Counted from the stretch's first letter, positions 43,390 through 55,099 are shown. The stretch is DNA of 64,000 nt from Phycisphaera mikurensis NBRC 102666 (GCF_000284115.1 NC_017080.1:3401534-3465533), one strand, 5' to 3'. Notes: generated by a model not told the origin, from the sequence alone. A program made the numbers and translations.

Positions 43390-44484
43390 TCACACCCGTC
43401 GCCGCAGCTCCGCCTCGATGAAGCCCTGGAGGTCGCCGTCCATCACCGCCTGCGGGTTGCCCTTCTCGAAACCGGTGCGGTGGTCCTTCACGCGGTTGTC
43501 GTAGAAGACGTAGCTGCGGATCTGCGTGCCCCAGCCCCGGTCGACCTTGCCGCCGGTCGCGTCGTCCATCTCGGCCTGCCGCTTCTCCTCCTCGATCAGC
43601 TCCAGCTTCGCCCGCAAGATCCCCAGCGCCTGCTTGCGGTTCTGCTCCTGCTTGCGGTGCACCGAGCACACCACCATGATCTGCGTCGGCTTGTGAACGA
43701 TGCGCACGGCCGAGGCGACCTTGTTCACGTTCTGCCCGCCGGGGCCGGACGAGCGGGCGAAGGCGGTGACTTCCAGCTCGTTCTCGTCGATCTCCAGCTT
43801 GCCGTCGTCCTCGAACTCGGGCACCACGTCCACCGTGGCGAAGCTCGTCTGCCGCTTGCCCTCGGCGTTGTACGGGCTCACCCGCGCCAGCCGGTGCGTG
43901 CCGCGTTCGGCGGAGAGGTAGCCGTAGGCGAAGGGCCCGGTGACGTGCAGCGTCACCTCCTTCACGCCCGCCTCGGTGCCGTGGGTGAGGCTGACCTCCG
44001 AGGCATCGAAGCCCTGCTTCTCGAAGTAGTACATGTACATCCGCATCAGCATCTCGGCCCAGTCGTCGGCCTCGGTGCCGCCGGCTCCGCTCTGGATGGT
44101 CAGGTACGCCGCCTTGGCGTCGTGCTTGCCGGACAGCAGCGAGGTGATCTCCAGCTTGTCCAGGTCGGCCTCGATGGCGTCGAGCTGCTGATCGACCTCC
44201 TCCTTGCTCTCCTGATCGCCGGCCTCTCCGGCCATCTCCCAGAGCAGCACCGCGTCCTCGACCTTCGCCGCCGCCGCCTTCCAGGGCTCCAGCACCACCT
44301 TCACCGCCTTCATCTCGGCCAGCATCCGATTCGCCTGGTCCGGGTCGTCCCAAAACGTCGGCGCGTTCATCCGCTCGGTGAAGGCGGCCAGCTCCGCCTC
44401 CCGCTCCTCCACGTGCAGGGCTCTGCCCATGTCGGCGACGCGGGTCTGGTACTCGTCAAGAACGGCGGGGATGTTGTCGCGCAT
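43390..44484 (-). CDS. prfB: Peptide chain release factor 2
   Basis: The 'GGQ' motif ('SSGPGGQNVNKV') and an SPF-type tripeptide context ('RVSPYNAEGKRQTSFATV') are present. The ORF is one contiguous 364-aa frame from its ATG, so there is no +1 frameshift site. Confidence 0.85.
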   Translation of the reverse strand: MRDNIPAVLDEYQTRVADMGRALHVEEREAELAAFTERMNAPTFWDDPDQANRMLAEMKAVKVVLEPWKAAAAKVEDAVLLWEMAGEAGDQESKEEVDQQLDAIEADLDKLEITSLLSGKHDAKAAYLTIQSGAGGTEADDWAEMLMRMYMYYFEKQGFDASEVSLTHGTEAGVKEVTLHVTGPFAYGYLSAERGTHRLARVSPYNAEGKRQTSFATVDVVPEFEDDGKLEIDENELEVTAFARSSGPGGQNVNKVASAVRIVHKPTQIMVVCSVHRKQEQNRKQALGILRAKLELIEEEKRQAEMDDATGGKVDRGWGTQIRSYVFYDNRVKDHRTGFEKGNPQAVMDGDLQGFIEAELRRRV

Positions 44485-44583
44485 GGGAAGCCGCGGGGCG
44501 GGGGCGTGAGCGTACGGGGCCGGGGCCGGCCGGCACGGCGGTCGGCCCCGGCCCGCGGCCGCGGGTTGCCACGCCGGCGGCCT

Positions 44584-45261
44584 TTAGAGGAAGGGGTTGC
44601 CGGCCCGCTCCCGCCCCACCGTCGTCTCGGGGCCGTGCCCGGGGAGCACGCGGGTGTCCTCCGGCAGCGTCATCAGCTGGCGGAGCGACGCCTGCAGCGC
44701 GGCGGGGTCGGAGTGGGGGAAGTCGGTCCGGCCGACGCCGCCGGCGAAGAGCGTGTCGCCGACGATGGCGAGGCCCAGCTCCTGCTGGTGGAAGGTGAGC
44801 CCGCCGGGGCTGTGGCCGGGGGTCGCGAGGATCGCCCAGTCGAGGCCGGCGGCCCGGGTTGTGGTGCCGCCGGCGAGGGTGCCGGTCGCGGCGGGCGCCA
44901 CCAGCGGCTGGCCGATCCAGGCGGAAAGGTTGTTCTCGGGGTCCTGCAGGTAGGCGGTCTCGGCGGCGTGGATCTCGATGGCGCAGCCGGGGTGGAGGTC
45001 ACGCAGCTCGGCGAGGCCGGCGATGTGGTCGGCGTGGGCGTGGGTCAGCACGACCCGCTCGACGGCGAGCCCGAGCCCGCGGATCCGCGCGAGCAGCGGG
45101 CCGGGCCGCTGACCGGGGTCGAAGACGGTCGCGGCCGCGTCGGGCTCCCCGGTCCGGTACGCGAGGTACGCGTTCGTGCCGAGGTCGCCGAGCTCGAAGG
45201 CCTCCACGCGGACGCCGGAGGAGGAGGAGGGTGAGGCATCGGTCGTCCGCGGGGTTTCCAT
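44584..45261 (-). CDS. MBL-fold metallo-hydrolase (glyoxalase-II-like)
   Basis: 'LTHAHADHIAG' is the HxHxDH zinc motif, with later 'TPGHSPGG' and 'GDTLFAGGVGRTDFP'. Confidence 0.8.
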   Translation of the reverse strand: METPRTTDASPSSSSGVRVEAFELGDLGTNAYLAYRTGEPDAAATVFDPGQRPGPLLARIRGLGLAVERVVLTHAHADHIAGLAELRDLHPGCAIEIHAAETAYLQDPENNLSAWIGQPLVAPAATGTLAGGTTTRAAGLDWAILATPGHSPGGLTFHQQELGLAIVGDTLFAGGVGRTDFPHSDPAALQASLRQLMTLPEDTRVLPGHGPETTVGRERAGNPFL

Positions 45262-45438
45262 CGGCGGACGCTACGGCGCGCCGGCACCGGCCGCCGGTGG
45301 GGCCAGCCTCCGTGAACGATGTTCGACTCCGAGCCCCTCCAAGCGTCAGGACCGTTAGAGTCCCCGCCCGGCGGTCGATGGGTCCGGCTTCCGCGGCGCA
45401 GCGGGCCACCCGAACCGCAACCCGAGAGAGAACCCCGC

Positions 45439-47679
45439 ATGAGCCATCTGCCGCCCGCCGACTCCCCCGCGCCGGCCCCGCGTGACGCACCCGCCCGCGA
45501 CGCCGGGCCCGGTCCTGCGCCGCTGGAGCCGCTCGAGAAGCGGGAGCTGCTGTCCGGCGGGCCGCAGATCCTCACGATCGGCGACTCGATCACCTGGGGC
45601 TCGCCCGACCCGAGCCAGAGCTACCGCCGCGAGCTGGACCGCGGCCTGGAGCGGCGGGGCGTCGATGCCGAGTTCGTGGGCAGCCGCTCCGACGGCCGCG
45701 GCTTCGACAGCGACCACTACAGCCAGCCGGGGATCACCGCCGCAACCAGCTACCGCGGCAGCGGCGGCGAGTGGCGCGGTTCGCTGAACGACGGCTTCCG
45801 CAGCGGGCAGGTGCTCAAGCGCGGCGAGAAGCCCGACCTGGTCCTGCTGCACATCGGGACCAACTCGGTCAAGACCGGCTCCCGCGACGCGGACAACGCC
45901 GCGAACGAGCTGCGGACCCTGCTCAACACGATGGCCGACCGCTGGCGGCGCGGCGAGCTCGCCCCCGACGTCAAGGTGCTCGTCGCCGACATCATCCCCG
46001 GGGGCCGCGGCAGCGGCGGCGGCGGCGGCCATCACCCGCTGGACACCCGCCGCCTCGAGAACATCCGGGCGTACAACGGCAAGATCGGGCAGGTGATCGG
46101 CCGCCTCTCCGACCGCGGCTTCGCCAGCCGGATCCAGCGGGTGGACATGAGCCGGATCGACGCCTCGAGGCTCGATCGCTCCGCGTTCTCCTCCTCGGAG
46201 CTGCGCTCGATCGACAACGACGGCGACCGCTGGGTCGACTGGTTCAACGGCGTGGACGAGGGCGGTTCGCAGCGGGGTGCCCGCGGCCACAACCCCGCGG
46301 TGATGAGCCGCGACCTGCTCCACCCGACCTCGCTGGGCTACCGGGTCCTGGGCCAGGCGTGGCTGGGTGCGGTGGTCTCCAGCGGGAAGCTCGGCAACGC
46401 CGGCGCGTCGCGACCCCTCACGCCGACGGCCCCTGCGCCGCGTCCTTCCGCTCCGAAGCCCGCGGCCCCCCGGCCCGTCGCGCCGACGCCCAAGCCGGTG
46501 GCGGGCAAGCCGAGCCTCTCGGGGGCGGGCACCGCCACCGCGGGTTCGACGTACCGGCTCGCGCTCGACGACGGCGGGCTGAACGTCCGCAAGTGGTACG
46601 TCGACTTCGGCGACGGCTCCGGCGGCCGCTGGCTGGGACCGACCGACAGCGTCAGCCACACCTACCAGCGGGCCGGGAGCAACCCAACGATCCGGGCCTT
46701 CGCGGAGGTCAACGGCAAGCGGATCGGGGCGAGCGGCCTGCGCGTCGGCGTCGTCGGCGGGGGGAGCCACGCCGCGCCGAAGCCCGCGCCGAAGCCGGGG
46801 GCGCCCGCGTCGCCGCGCCCGGCCCCCGCGCCCTCGGGCGGCGTGGCGATCGCCGCCGCTTCCTCGGCGACGGTGGGCCGGTCGTTCGAGGTCGTCTTCT
46901 CGACCAATGGCGTGCGGGCGGACAGCTGGTACATCAGCTGGGGAGACGGCAGCAAGGGCCGGTGGATCAAGGGCGCCGACCGCGTCAGCCACACCTTCAC
47001 GTCCACCTCCGGGAACCGCACGATCCGCGCCTTCGCCCAAGTCGGCTCGAAACGGATCGGGGCGAGCCCGCTGCGGGTCCCCGTCCGCGCGGCGGGCCAG
47101 GGCGCCGCCCCCACGCCCTCGAAGCCGTCGACGCCCCCGATCCGTTCCACGGGCGACGGCCGCATCGACCGCGCCTACTGGACCGGCATCGGTGGCACCC
47201 GCGTCTCGGACCTCACCCGGTCCTCCAAGTTCTCCGGCCGCCCCACCGGCACCGACACGCTGACCAGCCTCCGGGCCGGCAACTGGAACAACCCCCGCGA
47301 CACCCAGAACTTCGGGAGCCACTACGGCCAGAAGCTTTCGGGCTTCATCGTCGCCCCCCGCAGCGGCCAGTACAGCTTCTGGATCAGCGGCGACGACAAC
47401 GCCTCCTTCCGCCTGAGCACCGACGCCAGCACCTCCCGCCTGCGGGAGGTCGCCCGGGTCGACGGCTGGACACGCGAGCTGCAGTGGGACAAGTACCGGG
47501 GCCAGAGGTCCGCCTCCATCTGGCTCTCCGCCGGCAGCAGCTACGCCTTCGAGGTGCTGCACAAGGAGGGCTCCGGCGGGGACCACGTCGCCGTGGGCTG
47601 GCGGACCCCCGACCACGGGGGCGGGCGGAGCCCGGCGGAGGTGATCGGCTCGGACCACCTGTCGCGCTACGCGGTCTGA
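45439..47679 (+). CDS. Multidomain SGNH/GDSL hydrolase with two PKD-like domains and a C-terminal PA14 domain
   Basis: ATG at 45439 inside track ORF 45319..47679. 'ILTIGDSITWGS' (GDS block I) and 'DLLHPTSLGY' (block V, DxxH). Two repeats of about 90 aa follow ('...FGDGSGGRWLGPTDSVSHTYQRAGSNPTIRAFAEVNGKRIGAS' and 'WGDGSKGRWIKGADRVSHTFTSTSGNRTIRAFAQVGSKRIGAS'). The C-terminus 'GFIVAPRSGQYSFWISGDDNASFRLS...GGDHVAVGWRTPD' is PA14-like. Confidence 0.7.
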   Translation: MSHLPPADSPAPAPRDAPARDAGPGPAPLEPLEKRELLSGGPQILTIGDSITWGSPDPSQSYRRELDRGLERRGVDAEFVGSRSDGRGFDSDHYSQPGITAATSYRGSGGEWRGSLNDGFRSGQVLKRGEKPDLVLLHIGTNSVKTGSRDADNAANELRTLLNTMADRWRRGELAPDVKVLVADIIPGGRGSGGGGGHHPLDTRRLENIRAYNGKIGQVIGRLSDRGFASRIQRVDMSRIDASRLDRSAFSSSELRSIDNDGDRWVDWFNGVDEGGSQRGARGHNPAVMSRDLLHPTSLGYRVLGQAWLGAVVSSGKLGNAGASRPLTPTAPAPRPSAPKPAAPRPVAPTPKPVAGKPSLSGAGTATAGSTYRLALDDGGLNVRKWYVDFGDGSGGRWLGPTDSVSHTYQRAGSNPTIRAFAEVNGKRIGASGLRVGVVGGGSHAAPKPAPKPGAPASPRPAPAPSGGVAIAAASSATVGRSFEVVFSTNGVRADSWYISWGDGSKGRWIKGADRVSHTFTSTSGNRTIRAFAQVGSKRIGASPLRVPVRAAGQGAAPTPSKPSTPPIRSTGDGRIDRAYWTGIGGTRVSDLTRSSKFSGRPTGTDTLTSLRAGNWNNPRDTQNFGSHYGQKLSGFIVAPRSGQYSFWISGDDNASFRLSTDASTSRLREVARVDGWTRELQWDKYRGQRSASIWLSAGSSYAFEVLHKEGSGGDHVAVGWRTPDHGGGRSPAEVIGSDHLSRYAV

Positions 47680-47896
47680 AGCATCGACGCGGCCCCGCGG
47701 CCGCTGCGGTCCCGGTCGATTTCCCGGCGGCACGGACCCGGCGTCGGGCGTCGGGCGTCGGGCGTCGCGATCCTGACGGGTTCCACCGGCCGCGCCCGCG
47801 TCGGAGGGGAGCTGGCTCGGCAAGCCGGCGTCTCCACCGGATCCAGGCCCGGATCGCACGCGACAGGCGCGGGCGAGCGGCCGCAGACGAGCAACC

Positions 47897-49348
47897 TCAC
47901 CTGCCCGGTGGCTCCGCAGCTCCGCGGAGAAGCGGGGCGATCACCCGCTCCAGCACCGCCTCCGAAGCCTCGTCGAGCACGTACTCGGCACGCTCCGCGT
48001 CGTCGGGCACCCGGATCACCCAGTTGCCCCAGCGGCGGACCAGCAGCGTCGCGGACCGCCCGCTCACGCCGTGCGCGAGCGTGACCGCACCGGCGTAGCC
48101 ACGCGGGAGGTCGTCGGCGTCCCCCGGCGACGCGATGGCGGCTTCGGAGGTGCCGTCGTGGTACAGCCGCTCGGGCGGCCGCAGGCGGCGTTCGCCGCGC
48201 AGCGAGAGCAGGGCCTCGAGCACGGCGGTGGGTTGGGTGTCGGCGGCGGCACCGCCCACCGCCACGAAGCGGCCCTCCGCGTCCCGCTCGAAGAGCACCG
48301 GGGACGGCCCGCCCGCCGGGGGCTCCAGCCGCAGCGAGGTCACCTCGGCCGCTTCCGCGGTGAACACGCGGTCGTCGGCGATGGTCGCCCGCCCGCCCGC
48401 GAGGGCGGAGACCGTCGGCGGCAGCCGGAGGATCGGCGACCGAAGCGTGGCGCTCCCCTCCCGCCGCTCCAGCCGCGCGAACACGCTGTCGTCGCCCACG
48501 CCCGCGGTGCGGCCCAGCAGCAGCGTGGTCCGCCGCCCCCCCTCCTCGATGAGGTCCCACGCCGCCGCGGGCTGGCTGAGCCCGAAGACCGCCGGCCGGG
48601 CCGTGGCCGCGCCGCCTTCGAGCAGCTCGCGGGCGTAGAGCCCGTCGGTGAGCTCGCGCATGGTCTCGATCACGCCCGGCCGCACGGGCGCTCCGTCGTC
48701 CGCCAGCCGCCACCGGTCCCGGTCTCGCAGCAGCGTCACGGAGGCCCGCTCCCCCTCGCCGCGGAGGGCCATCTCCACGACGGCCCCCAGCGGCGGCAGC
48801 GGCACGCGGGGGTCGAACCAGCCCGCGTCGCGGCGGGCGTAGACGAAGGTGTGGAGCCCGTCCGGCAGCGTGATCAGGCGGCCCCGGAGCCGCGCGTCCT
48901 CCGACTCTTCGACCTGCGCGAAGCTCCGCCCGCCCGGCATGCTCTCGCCGAGGGCGACGCGGGTGACGCCGGAGTCGTCCACCACCTCCACCACCGCGCG
49001 GGGGGGGTCCAGCGAGGCCTCCCGCGGCGTTGGCCCCTCACCCGGTGCATAGATCTGCTGCGTCACTGCGCCGGCCAGCGTTCGCGTGATCTCCCGCCCG
49101 GCGGCCTCGGACAGCGGGAACCACACCGGGCTGACCTGGCTCCAGTAGCCGCCTTCGCGTCGGAAGACCGTCGCTTCGGCCCCCCGCTCGACGCGGACCG
49201 CCAGCGGCGAGGAGCCAAAGAGGGGCTGCCCGGCCGGCGCTCCCGCCCCGGGCACGCTCCCGCCCCCGCGGCTGGCGAGCCAGAGCACGCCGAACGTGGC
49301 GAGGGTGACGAGCAGCAGCGCAGGGGTTCGCAGGTTCATGGCGGCCAC
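47897..49348 (-). CDS. Membrane-anchored hypothetical protein (DUF4340-like)
   Basis: N-terminal TM 'LLLVTLATFGVLWLA'. The remainder is protein-like with no catalytic motif. The DUF assignment is from memory. Confidence 0.4.
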   Translation of the reverse strand: MAAMNLRTPALLLVTLATFGVLWLASRGGGSVPGAGAPAGQPLFGSSPLAVRVERGAEATVFRREGGYWSQVSPVWFPLSEAAGREITRTLAGAVTQQIYAPGEGPTPREASLDPPRAVVEVVDDSGVTRVALGESMPGGRSFAQVEESEDARLRGRLITLPDGLHTFVYARRDAGWFDPRVPLPPLGAVVEMALRGEGERASVTLLRDRDRWRLADDGAPVRPGVIETMRELTDGLYARELLEGGAATARPAVFGLSQPAAAWDLIEEGGRRTTLLLGRTAGVGDDSVFARLERREGSATLRSPILRLPPTVSALAGGRATIADDRVFTAEAAEVTSLRLEPPAGGPSPVLFERDAEGRFVAVGGAAADTQPTAVLEALLSLRGERRLRPPERLYHDGTSEAAIASPGDADDLPRGYAGAVTLAHGVSGRSATLLVRRWGNWVIRVPDDAERAEYVLDEASEAVLERVIAPLLRGAAEPPGR

Positions 49349-49433
49349 GCAGACCCCGGAGGGGATCCACCCGGGTGCTATCGGTCCGATCCGCCCGCGG
49401 CCTGCCGCCGCGGCGGGAGAGGCGCGGCGCGGA

Positions 49434-50303
49434 TCACCGGCCGTCGGTCAGCACGTCGCAGCCGGTCTCGGTGACCGCGATCGTGTGTTCGTAGTGCGCC
49501 GCCGGGAGCCCGTCTGCGGTCACGACGGTCCAGCCGTCCGCCAGGGTCTGCACGTCGGCCGTTCCCTGGTTGCACATCGGCTCCACCGCCAGCACCATGC
49601 CCGGACGCAGGTCGATGTCGTGGCGGAGCAGGTCGCGGTTCACGAAGTTGGGCACCTTGGGTTCCTGGTGCATCGTGTCGCCGATCCCGTGACCCACGAA
49701 GTCGCGGACGACGCCGTAGCCGCGGGCCTCCGCGTAGCCCTGCATCAACCGGGCGACCTGGCTCCACCGGCGGCCGGGCTTGATGTTCTCCACGGCGATG
49801 CGCAGCACGTGCTCGGTCTCCTCGCAGAGCCGCCTCGTCGCCGGCGCAACGTCGCCGACGAGGATCGTTGTCGCCGCGTCACCGCACCACCCGTCGAGGC
49901 GGACGCCGCAGTCCACCCCCACGATGTCGCCGTCGCGGATCGGCTCGTCGTTCGCGATCCCGTGCACCACCACCTCGTTCACCGAGATGCACAGGTTCGA
50001 AGGGAAGCCCTCCCCGGGCACGTAGGTCGGGTAGTGCTTGAAGAGGCCCTCTGCGCCCCGCTCCGCGATGAGAGCGCCCGCCGCCTCATCGATCATGCGG
50101 GTGGTGTTTCCGGGCTTGGCCATCTCCCGGCACAGGTCGTGGACCTCCACCACCAGCCGCCCCGCCACCCGCATCTTCTCGATCTGCTCTCGCGTCTTCA
50201 GCTGGATCCCCGCGTTCCCCCCGCGCGTGGACCCGCTGGCCTTGGGCTTCTTCGCCTTCGGCCGCTTCGCCAGCAACCCTCGTCGCCCACGCTTAGCGGC
50301 CAC
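49434..50303 (-). CDS. map: Methionine aminopeptidase type I, with a basic N-terminal extension
   Basis: 'VVHGI', 'GDIVGVDCGV' and 'HYEHTIAVTETG' metal-ligand motifs. A K/R-rich N-terminal tail is present. Confidence 0.9.
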   Translation of the reverse strand: MAAKRGRRGLLAKRPKAKKPKASGSTRGGNAGIQLKTREQIEKMRVAGRLVVEVHDLCREMAKPGNTTRMIDEAAGALIAERGAEGLFKHYPTYVPGEGFPSNLCISVNEVVVHGIANDEPIRDGDIVGVDCGVRLDGWCGDAATTILVGDVAPATRRLCEETEHVLRIAVENIKPGRRWSQVARLMQGYAEARGYGVVRDFVGHGIGDTMHQEPKVPNFVNRDLLRHDIDLRPGMVLAVEPMCNQGTADVQTLADGWTVVTADGLPAAHYEHTIAVTETGCDVLTDGR

Positions 50304-50587
50304 GGGAACCTCCGGAGCTCAGCGGGATGGGGAGCCGCGAACAAGCCGTGGATGCACGCGGATGAAGAGGGACACGAAACCCGTGGCGATGCCACAAGGC
50401 GTACGCGGGCGCAGCGGCAGCGGGCCTGGAAGAACCAGCACGTCGCAGAAGCAAAGCGGAAGCCACCATGGCAGAGCAAGTCGAAGAGCCGGATCGTCGA
50501 GAAAGCACCTGGATCCGCACGCTCATCGGGGTCCATCCGCGTTCATCTGCGGCTCGGCCGCATGCTCCCCGGGCATGCACCGCCGCC

Positions 50588-52054
<1,467 letters not shown>

Positions 52055-52219
52055 GCCGCCGCGGAATGAGAGGGATGCCCGGACACCGGTCCGGGCGGGC
52101 GGGCGGATCCTAGGGAACCGCCGGGGCCACCGTTCGGGTTCGGGACCACGGGGCGCGGGTCGCGGCCGTGCGGCGAGAGGGAGAAGCCTGGCTCGCCCCC
52201 CGACCGCGGCCCGAGGGCA

Positions 52220-52732
52220 TCAGCCCGCGGCGGGGTCTGCGGGCTGGTCCTTCGCGGCCTTCTTGACGCCCTTGGGCCGGCGGGCACCGACTTCCGCGGC
52301 CTCGGTGACCGAGCCGCCGGCCGCGGTGATCTTCTCCCGGGCGCTGGCGCTGACCGCGGCGACGGCGAGCGTGAGCGGCTTGGTGACGTCACCGAAGCCG
52401 AGCACCTTGACGTCGCTCTTCACCGAGCGGACCAGGCCCTTGGCGGCGAGCAGCTCCGGCGTCACCGTCGTGCCCGCATCGAAAGCCTCCAGCGACTTGA
52501 GGTTCACCACCTCGAAATCGCGCCGGAAGTTGGCGTTGGAGAACCCCCGCTTCGGGAAGCGTCGGTAGAAGGGGATGCCGCCGCCCTCGTGGTGGCCGCT
52601 GCTGCCCGAGCGGCTGCTCATGCCCTTGTGGCCGCGGCCGGAGGTCTTGCCGTGCCCGGATCCGGGGCCGCGGCCGATGCGCTTGCGGCGCTTGTGGGCG
52701 CCCGCGTGGGGCGTGATCTCGTGAATCATCAT
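52220..52732 (-). CDS. rplO: 50S ribosomal protein L15
   Basis: 'RRKRIGRGPGSGHGKTSGRGHKG' is a glycine-rich L15 motif. Start at 'MMIHEI' (cat 52730-52732) inside track ORF 52220..52951. Confidence 0.85.
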   Translation of the reverse strand: MMIHEITPHAGAHKRRKRIGRGPGSGHGKTSGRGHKGMSSRSGSSGHHEGGGIPFYRRFPKRGFSNANFRRDFEVVNLKSLEAFDAGTTVTPELLAAKGLVRSVKSDVKVLGFGDVTKPLTLAVAAVSASAREKITAAGGSVTEAAEVGARRPKGVKKAAKDQPADPAAG

Positions 52733-52874
52733 GGCGGGTCTCGCTCTTCGGGGGGCGGCGTAGCCGCCGGGTGTTCTGGGGGAGAGGGCCGCCCGACCCG
52801 ATCGAACGGGCTCGGCGGCGGATTCGGAGGATAACCGGTGCGACGACCGGAGCGGACGCCCGGGCCGCTCCCGG

Positions 52875-53825
52875 TCAGGCCTTGCCTTCTTCGGTCTCGG
52901 CGTCCCGGGGCACGTCCGCGGCGTCGGGCGTCGCGGGGGCGGCGGCCGCACCGACGTCGTCGCCGTCGGTGGTCTCGGGCTTGTCGCCCGCGGTGTCGGA
53001 GCCGCCGGTCACCGCGCCAAGCACCGCGCCGACCGCCCCGCCGGCGACGCTCGCGACCGCGCCCGCGGCACCGGCGACCGATCCGGCGATGCCGGTGGCC
53101 ACGTTGCCCTCGCCGTCGGCGGTCTGGGCGTCCTTGTCCGCGTCGGGCTTCGGAGCCGCGGGTCCGCCGGCGTTGCCGCCACGCCCGCCGCCGGGGCCGC
53201 CGCGGCCGCCGCGGCCGCGGGTCTTCTTCGCGTCCTCGTCCTTCTGGTTCGTCGGGCCCTTGGCTTTCTTCTTGGGGCCGGCGTCGCCCTCCTCGGTCAT
53301 GTACCGCTTGTTGGCCTCCAGAGCCTCGTCCACGGTCGACTTCTCGATCTCGACGCCGCGGAGCTTCGCGATCTCCTCGCGGGTGCGCAGCTGGTCGAGC
53401 GCGTCCATCACGGCGCGGCACAGGTTGATCTTGTTGGTCGAGCCGTACGCCTTGGTGAGGCAGTCACGCACGCCCGCCATCTCCAGGACGGCGCGGACCG
53501 TGCCGCCGGCGATGACGCCGGTGCCGGGCGCCGCGGGGATCAGCTTCACCGTGGAGGCGCAGCTGCGGCCGATGACCTCGTGCGGCACCGTCGCCCCGAG
53601 CCGCTTGATGGCGACCATCTCCTTGCGTGCGACCTTCTGCGCCTTCTCGATGCCCACCGGCACGCCGCGGCCCTTGCCGTAGCCGATGCCGACCTTGCCG
53701 TCGCGGTTGCCCACGACGACGAGCGCGGAGAACGACAGCCGGCGGCCGCCTTTGACCGTGGTCGATGTGCGGTTGATCGCGACCGTGGTGGATTCGAGCT
53801 GGTTTCCGTCGAGGGTTTCGGCCAT
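52875..53825 (-). CDS. rpsE: 30S ribosomal protein S5 with a roughly 150-aa low-complexity C-terminal extension
   Basis: The N-terminal 165 aa 'VKGGRRLSFSALVVVGNRDGKVGIGYGKGRGVPVGIEKA...' is canonical S5. It is followed by a K/G/A/D-rich tail ('GPKKKAKGPTNQKDEDAKKTRGRGGRGGPGGGRGGNAGG...'). Confidence 0.85.
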   Translation of the reverse strand: MAETLDGNQLESTTVAINRTSTTVKGGRRLSFSALVVVGNRDGKVGIGYGKGRGVPVGIEKAQKVARKEMVAIKRLGATVPHEVIGRSCASTVKLIPAAPGTGVIAGGTVRAVLEMAGVRDCLTKAYGSTNKINLCRAVMDALDQLRTREEIAKLRGVEIEKSTVDEALEANKRYMTEEGDAGPKKKAKGPTNQKDEDAKKTRGRGGRGGPGGGRGGNAGGPAAPKPDADKDAQTADGEGNVATGIAGSVAGAAGAVASVAGGAVGAVLGAVTGGSDTAGDKPETTDGDDVGAAAAPATPDAADVPRDAETEEGKA

Positions 53826-54003
53826 GGTGTGGGCTCAGCGTGGGGGAACAGGGGGCTCGCGGGAGCGAGACGGTCGCGGGGAGCGACATCAGCGGCCCGT
53901 GGGCCGGACGAACGCCGCCGCGGCCCATTGCGACCGCGGCGGTAGGGGAAGTTCGGGGAAGAGGGGAAGGAACGCGGCTCTTTTTTCGACCCGCCTCCGG
54001 CGG

Positions 54004-54360
54004 TCAGAAAGAAAGCCCGCCCTCGCGGGCGGCGTCGGCGAGGGCCTTGACGCGGCCGTGGAAGCGGAAGCCGTTGCGGTCGAAGGCCACGGCTTCGATG
54101 CCGGCCTCCTTCGCGGCCGCCGCGACCTTGTTCCCGATCTGCTTGGCCGCCTCGACGGTCGCGCCGTTGTCCAGCTTCGCGGCCACGCTGCTGGCCGAGG
54201 CCAGCGTCTTGCCGGTGCTGTCGTCGATGACCTGGGCGTACACGTGCTTGCTGGAGCGGAACACGGTGAGCCGGGGCTGGTCCGCGGTGCCGTAGAGGCG
54301 CTTGCGGATGCCGGCCTTGCGGCGGGTTCGGCGGGTGTTCTTGAGTCGGGAGGCCTGCAT
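54004..54360 (-). CDS. rplR: 50S ribosomal protein L18
   Basis: '[17 protein letters not shown]...' is canonical L18. Gene order fits. Confidence 0.9.
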   Translation of the reverse strand: MQASRLKNTRRTRRKAGIRKRLYGTADQPRLTVFRSSKHVYAQVIDDSTGKTLASASSVAAKLDNGATVEAAKQIGNKVAAAAKEAGIEAVAFDRNGFRFHGRVKALADAAREGGLSF

Positions 54361-54462
54361 GGCGATCGTCGGTTTCTTGGGTCGCGGCCGGAACGACGGC
54401 GTGTTCCGGTCGGGGTGGAGGTTCTGCGGGGGCGGCGGAGCGGCGGGGCCGGCCGAAGGTGC

Positions 54463-55002
54463 TTACTTCGCGAAAGCCTTGCCCTGCTTCCGCAGGATGA
54501 CCTCGTCGATGTAGCGGATGCCCTTGCCGTTGTAGGGCTCGGGCTTGCGCTCGGCACGGATGGCCGCGGCGGTCTGGCCGACCAGCTGCTTGTCGGAGCC
54601 GGAGACCCGGATCCGCACGCCGTTGACCTCGCAGGTCACGCCGTCGGGGATCTTCACCGAGCGGGTGTCGGCGAAGCCGACCTTGAGGTCGATCTGCTTC
54701 GGCCCCTTCATGGCGGCGACGTAGCCAACGCCGGAGACCTCCAGCTCCTTGACGAAGCCCTTGGTCACGCCCTCGATCATGTTCTGGATCAGGGAGCGGG
54801 TGAGGCCGTGGAACGCCCGGGCGGCCTTGTTGTCGCCGTGGCGGGTCACCACGACGTTGTCGTCCTCGAGCTTCACCTCCACCTCGGGACGGTGAGAGAA
54901 CGCGAGCGAGCCGAGCTTGCCGGAGACGGAGATCTTGCGGCCCTGGATGTCGACCTTGGCGCCGTCGGTGACGGGCACGGGGGTTTTTCCGATACGCGAC
55001 AT
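54463..55002 (-). CDS. rplF: 50S ribosomal protein L6
   Basis: 'MSRIGKTPVPV...GVTCEV' is the L6 tandem-domain pattern. Confidence 0.9.
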   Translation of the reverse strand: MSRIGKTPVPVTDGAKVDIQGRKISVSGKLGSLAFSHRPEVEVKLEDDNVVVTRHGDNKAARAFHGLTRSLIQNMIEGVTKGFVKELEVSGVGYVAAMKGPKQIDLKVGFADTRSVKIPDGVTCEVNGVRIRVSGSDKQLVGQTAAAIRAERKPEPYNGKGIRYIDEVILRKQGKAFAK

Positions 55003-55099
55003 GGCGGTTCTTTCGGTTTCCCGCTTCGCGGGGAGGAGGCCGCGGACGGCCGGGGTTTTGGGGAAAAAACGCCCGCGGTCCGCGGGCGGAGGGCCAGGC

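Noticed and set aside
44484-44584. GC-rich palindrome 'ccggggccggccggcacggcggtcggccccggccc' between the MBL hydrolase and prfB, considered as a terminator
   Set aside because: It is a plausible stem, but it has no T-tract and I cannot score it, so I left it uncalled.
47745-47775. (GGCGTCG)x4 heptamer repeat in the SGNH-gene / DUF4340 intergenic region
   Set aside because: It is a very short simple-sequence repeat with no evident function.
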